A stretch of 46,490 nt of DNA from an uncultured Lachnospiraceae bacterium. Its GTDB lineage: Bacteria; Bacillota; Clostridia; Lachnospirales; Lachnospiraceae. Shown here piece by piece: positions 46,206 through 46,490 of this stretch. The stretch is from positions 1-46,490 of the forward strand of contig CACXGM010000099.1 of assembly GCA_902767075.1 (NCBI GenBank), written 5' to 3'. Numbering within the stretch: the stretch's first letter is position 1; each line of letters opens with the position of its first letter. The position numbers and the translations under genes were made by a program. The notes below the pieces were generated by a model that saw nothing but the letters and a program-made list of their open reading frames with translations, searched no databases and was not told the origin of the DNA.

Positions 46206-46478
46206 ATGAACAAGACTGAGTTTGTTGCAGCTGTTGCTGAGGAAGCAAAGCTTTCCAAGAAGGATGCACAGGAAGCAGTTAACGCTTTCATCACTGTTGT
46301 TACCAAGGCACTTAAGAAGAACGACAAGGTTCAGCTCGTTGGCTTCGGTACCTTCGAGGTAGCTAAGAGAGCAGCTAGAACCGGTAGAAATCCTCAGACC
46401 GGCAAGGAGATGAAGATCAAGGCTTCTAAGGCTCCTAAGTTCAAGGCTGGTAAGGCTCTTAAGGACGCTGTAAACTAA
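46206..46478 (+). CDS. hup: DNA-binding protein HU
   Basis: [39 protein letters not shown]; AGGAGG RBS. Confidence 0.97.
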   Translation: MNKTEFVAAVAEEAKLSKKDAQEAVNAFITVVTKALKKNDKVQLVGFGTFEVAKRAARTGRNPQTGKEMKIKASKAPKFKAGKALKDAVN

Positions 46479-46490
46479 TAAGGTTTAGTG

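Noticed and set aside
1-46490. Many minus-strand and nested ORFs of 60-290 aa; rRNA and tRNA genes
   Set aside because: The ORFs overlap well-supported genes and lack motifs; no tRNA or rRNA signature was seen in the intergenic gaps.

Overview
Chromosomal window from an anaerobic Firmicute. Gene content and protein families suggest Lachnospiraceae/Clostridia (inference). Almost all genes are on the + strand. 1-16.5 kb is a sulfur-acquisition region: an SsuABC-like sulfonate ABC transporter with a DszB-like partial gene, a DUF4418/ABC operon, a MetY-sulfite reductase-TusA-ThiS(GG-Q)-ThiF-JAMM protein-thiocarboxylate operon, and a Btu/Fec-type importer with an embedded siroheme-maturation gene. 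Inside it lies the most unusual locus (3618-6319). A radical SAM enzyme with an RRE/PqqD-like N-terminus and a truncated SPASM/twitch C-terminus is translationally coupled to a membrane protein. That protein's predicted cytoplasmic tail carries a zinc ribbon, a Ser/Arg linker and a RiPP-precursor-like motif, CAHSS(CA)5GGGRAGC. 16.5-21.5 kb is a plastic region: a sortase-type surface protein, a duplicated hairpin+XRE module, gene remnants and a GNAT. The rest is housekeeping: esterase, clostripain, Ogg, REC-GGDEF, AraC-galK-galT, Lrp-aminotransferase, a LeuA-AraC fusion, a PrsA-like protein, MATE, Cof, cca, a PEGA lipoprotein and HU. No rRNA, tRNA, CRISPR array or intact mobile element was seen. 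All family calls come from motif recognition by eye, not database searches.
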